Part shown: positions 60,370 through 64,000 of the stretch, in pieces
Position numbering within the stretch: position 1 is the first letter of the stretch
Layout: each line of letters starts with the position of its first letter
DNA from: Mobula hypostoma
Taxonomy: Eukaryota
NCBI RefSeq assembly: GCF_963921235.1
Contig: NC_086097.1
Span: 77,750,001-77,814,000 of the forward strand
DNA length: 64,000 nt
Reading direction: 5' to 3'
Notes under the pieces: generated by a model
Databases searched by the model: none
What the model was told of the DNA's origin: nothing
What the model saw: only the letters and a program-made list of their open reading frames with translations
Made by a program: the position numbers and the translations under genes

Positions 60370-62545
60370 CAGAAAAATATGTTTAAAAATTATTAGATTG
60401 AATGTGCTCAGTCCAGATAGCTGCAACATTCACAGTAAGGTGAATGAATTAATGGGTGAATAAGAACTGGAGAATCATGGCAGTGGATTGACCAAAGCCG
60501 GGAGCTGAACATTTGACAAATAGAGAAAAAAATGTGAAATGTTTGTACAATTTACAAATGCAAGAAACTGGTAAGAAATTGTCTTGCCTTGGCATATAAT
60601 GACATAGATTTAAAACTAATTCTAGTCAAGCTAAGAAATATCAAAGAACAGAAAGTATTAGTAGGAGATATAAGCTACTAAATCACAGTTATAATATTGA
60701 GCATGCATATACTAGGATGATTATGGTGCATGTTACAGGGCCAATATGGTAATCTCATTTCATTTTAACCTATAAGTAGACTGGACAAGTCAAATTAGCA
60801 ATGGAAGATGGAGGGCAAATTTATAGAATGTGCATGACATGGCTCTCTATATTAATGCTTCAAGAAACAAAACAGGAAGAAGGGTAAGTTCTGTTCTGTT
60901 TCAGCAATAAAAAAGGGTTAACTAATCTTCACAGAAAGACCTCTTATGGAGAAATGGTGGCACTTTACATTAAGTTTGTTAGTGATGTATTTCAATCTAA
61001 AACAAGAACTTGGGTCATAAATAATTATAAAATATGAAGCTAAAGAGAGAGTACTGGCTGTGTTGGATTGGGGAGGTTTACATTTAAATTATCAACCTTT
61101 TAAAAGTATTTCCCCAATCAACCACAGCATTCAAAGAAATAGTGGATAAATTGCAAACAAAATTCCTTTAAGGCACAAGAACCCAAAAGGAAGATAAGAA
61201 AAATTATAGACGGCATTAAATCACAGGAAGTTGTATATACCCTACATTTGCCAGACATTCCAGCAGGGTGAGGACTGGGAGCATTTTAGAACTCAGAAAA
61301 ATAAGGTTACGAAGTTGATTAAAAAAGGCAAGTTAGAGTATAGGAGTTGGTGTGAAACATAAAATGCAGTCTGTTAGAGCTTCTACTGGTATATAAAAAG
61401 GCAAAAAATGAGTGCACGCAAATGAGTGTGCCTTACCGAGAATCTATAATGGCAGAGAATCGAGCATTTACTCTGACTGTCCTCCTGAAAAAAGCACAAT
61501 AAACCTGCCACTAATATTACAGAATCAATGGAGGAGCAAGAATGAGGAATTCAAATTTTGTGAAAAAAGTACCTGAGAAATTGGTGAGCTTGAAAGCTGT
61601 TAAATTCCAGACATGGGAGTGTACAGAGAGGCCGGTTATAGAAATCACAGAATTTTGCAGGTTTTGGAGGTGTTCCTATGGACTGGAGTAATACAAGTGT
61701 GATCCAATGTTCCCTCTAATTTGTAATGACCACAGTGTGCAAAAATTTTGTGCTGTGAAATTTTTTGCCCTATGCTCACTGTATAATTTCTTCAATAAAA
61801 ATAGGATAAATAAGCCAGTCCTTAAATCTGCAGACAAGTCATTGAAAATTCCACGTTGTCAACGCTGTCCGCATCAGGATCCAGAAAAGGAAATGTGATT
61901 GTATGCAACCATGAAGTATACTTAACATGCCAATGAGGTAGATGGTGACAACCTTTTGTTCAGTTTAAATTCCTTTGTGTGTGAGTAGCAAAAGATGTGT
62001 ACACACGCATACCTTAGAGGGAACATTGGCGTGATCTCAGTCTTTTGGAAAGGAGGGAAAGGAACAATGAACGAGTTAATCTTAGGCCTTTGACCTTTCA
62101 TGATAGATTTCAGCATATTTTCACTACACTGGTGATAAGGAAGCTGCTGAAATCTATAATGAAAGATAAAATAATAGAATTACTTGCAAAGGATAACAGG
62201 ATTGAGCAGAGTTAGCATGGTATTCTGCAATGATAAAGAAATCCTGACGAACCTGCTGGAAATATCTAATGAAGTGATTTAGCCATCACCATTGATTAAT
62301 TACGTTGGAGAAATGGTATATCTGTATTTTAGGAAGATATTCGATAAGGACTCATGTAGGAGGTTAGAACATATGGAGTTGGGGATAAAATATTAAATTA
62401 TATTAAGCATTGGTTATTGGACAGAAACCAAAGAGTGGGAATAAATGGATCTTTTTCAGACAGGTGCACTGGATGACGGAGGTGTTGCAAAGGTTGAGAG
62501 TTGGGGCCTAGTTATTCACAATCTATATCAATGTTTAACTAAGAG
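60370..62545 (+). mobile_element. Very old, heavily decayed CR1 LINE
   Basis: Scattered CR1-like blocks, e.g. the SQHG-like block 'GAGCAGAGTTAGCATGG', 'ACGAACCTGCTGGAA', 'AGAGTGGGAATAAATGG', 'TATTCACAATCTATATCAAT'. Confidence 0.55.
61705..62028. mobile_element. hAT-type MITE
   Basis: Perfect 15-bp TIR CAATGTTCCCTCTAA / TTAGAGGGAACATTG; 8-bp TSD GTGTGATC / GCGTGATC. Confidence 0.9.
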
Positions 62546-62556
62546 AACTAAATAAC

Positions 62557-63266
62557 ATCAGAATTAGGTTTATTATCACCGGCTTGTGACGTGAAATTTG
62601 TTAACTTAGCAGCAGCAGTTCAATGCAATACATAATCTAGCAGAGAGAGAAAAAATAAATAAATAAAATAAAACATGACAATAAATAAACAAGTAAATCA
62701 GTTACATATATTGAATAGATTTAGAAAAATGTGCAAAAACAGAAATACTATATTAAAAAAGTGAGGTAGTGTTCAAAGCTTCAATGTCCATTTAGGAATC
62801 AGATGGCAGAGGGGAAGATGCTGTTCCTGAATCACTGAGTGTGTGCCTTTAGGCTTCTGTATCTCCTACCTGATGGTAACAGTGAGAAAACAGCATGCCT
62901 TGGGTGCTGGAGGTCCTTAATAATGGACGCTGCATTTCTGAGACACTGCTCTCTAAAGATGTCCTGGGTACTTTGTAGGCTAGTGCCTAAGATGGAGATG
63001 GAGCAACCTTCTGCGGCTTCTTTCGGTCCTGTGCAGTAGCCCCTCCATACCAGACAGTGATGCAGCCTGTCAGAATGCTCTCCACAGTACAACTATAGAA
63101 GTTTTTGAGTGTATTTGTTGACATGTCAAATCTCTTCAAACTTCTAATAAAGTATAGTCGCTGTCTTGCCTTCTTTATAACTAGATCGATATGTTGGGAC
63201 CAGGTTAGATCCTCAGAGATTTTGACACCCAGGAACCTGAAGCTGCTCACTCTCTCCACTTCCATA
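62557..63266 (-). mobile_element. Rex1/Babar 3' fragment
   Basis: VERVSSFRFLGV.ISEDLTWS, KKARQRLYFIRSL, FSLLPSGRRYRSLK; ATAATAAACC tail. Confidence 0.9.
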
Positions 63267-63437
63267 TTTCCACGTTTGCAGTTAGATGGGATTGATTGCA
63301 AAGAGACTTCAGGGAAATATGGGCAAACAGAGAGAAAGTTAATAATGAGGTTGTTGAAATATACCATACAAACTGTGAGGCCATTTAGTCTGGTGCTTTA
63401 AAACAGAAAAGCAGAGTGTTTTTGAAATGGAGATTAG

Positions 63438-64000
63438 AGTCTTAGAGTTATAGAACACTACAGCACAGAAACAGCCCCTTTGCCCATCGAGTTTGTGCTG
63501 AATTATCCTGCCCAGTCCCATTTGACCCACACCTAGACCATAGCCCTACATACCCTTCCCATTCATGTACCTATCCAAGTTTCTCTTAAATTTTGCAATT
63601 GGAGCTGCATTCACCACCTGCACTGGCCGTTCATTCCACACTCATATCACCATCTGAGTGAAGTTGTTTCCCCTGATATTCCACTTTAGCATTTCACCTT
63701 TCACCCTTAACCCATGACCTCTAGTTATAATCTCACCCAACCTCAGTGGCAAAAGCCTGCTTACATTTACCTTAACTATATCCTTCAAAATTGTGTATTA
63801 CCTCTATCAAATCTTCCCTTATTATTTTAAGACCTAGGGAATAAAGTCCTTGCAGATTTTCTCTGCACTCTTTCGATTTTATTTACATCTTACCTGCAGG
63901 TAGGTGACCAGAACTGCACAGAATACTCCAAATTAGGCCTCAACAATGTCTTATACAAGTTCAGCATAACATCCAAACTCCTGTACTCAATATTTTGATT
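63438..64000 (-). mobile_element. CR1 3' region (runs off the window)
   Basis: LYKTLLRPNLEYSVQFWS; TRGHGLRVKGE motif. Confidence 0.85.

Overview
This is a repeat-saturated, AT-rich vertebrate intergenic or intronic window. Its repeat landscape suggests a cartilaginous fish, probably a ray (inference). I cannot support any host protein-coding gene. The long ORFs I can assign belong to retroelements, and the rest look like antisense, repeat-derived or chance ORFs. Contents: (1) a TSD-bounded Gypsy LTR retrotransposon lacking gag (15791-19211, minus strand); (2) a young, 5'-truncated Penelope element (RT + GIY-YIG) with an inverted pLTR and hammerhead ribozymes, inserted into an internally deleted Tigger transposon that carries a ~235-bp palindrome; (3) five solo LTRs; (4) many CR1, Rex1/Babar and RTE fragments, often nested; (5) tRNA-derived SINEs; (6) Tc1, mariner and hAT MITEs. 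The most striking observation is in the Gypsy element. It has no tRNA primer-binding site. Instead, 49 nt complementary to the predicted first ~50 nt of its own transcript follow the 5' LTR, and they are fused by microhomology into the protease gene. This suggests a DNA fossil of self-primed reverse transcription with an unusually long self-primer. Family assignments come from motif recognition, not database searches. Boundaries without a TSD are approximate.
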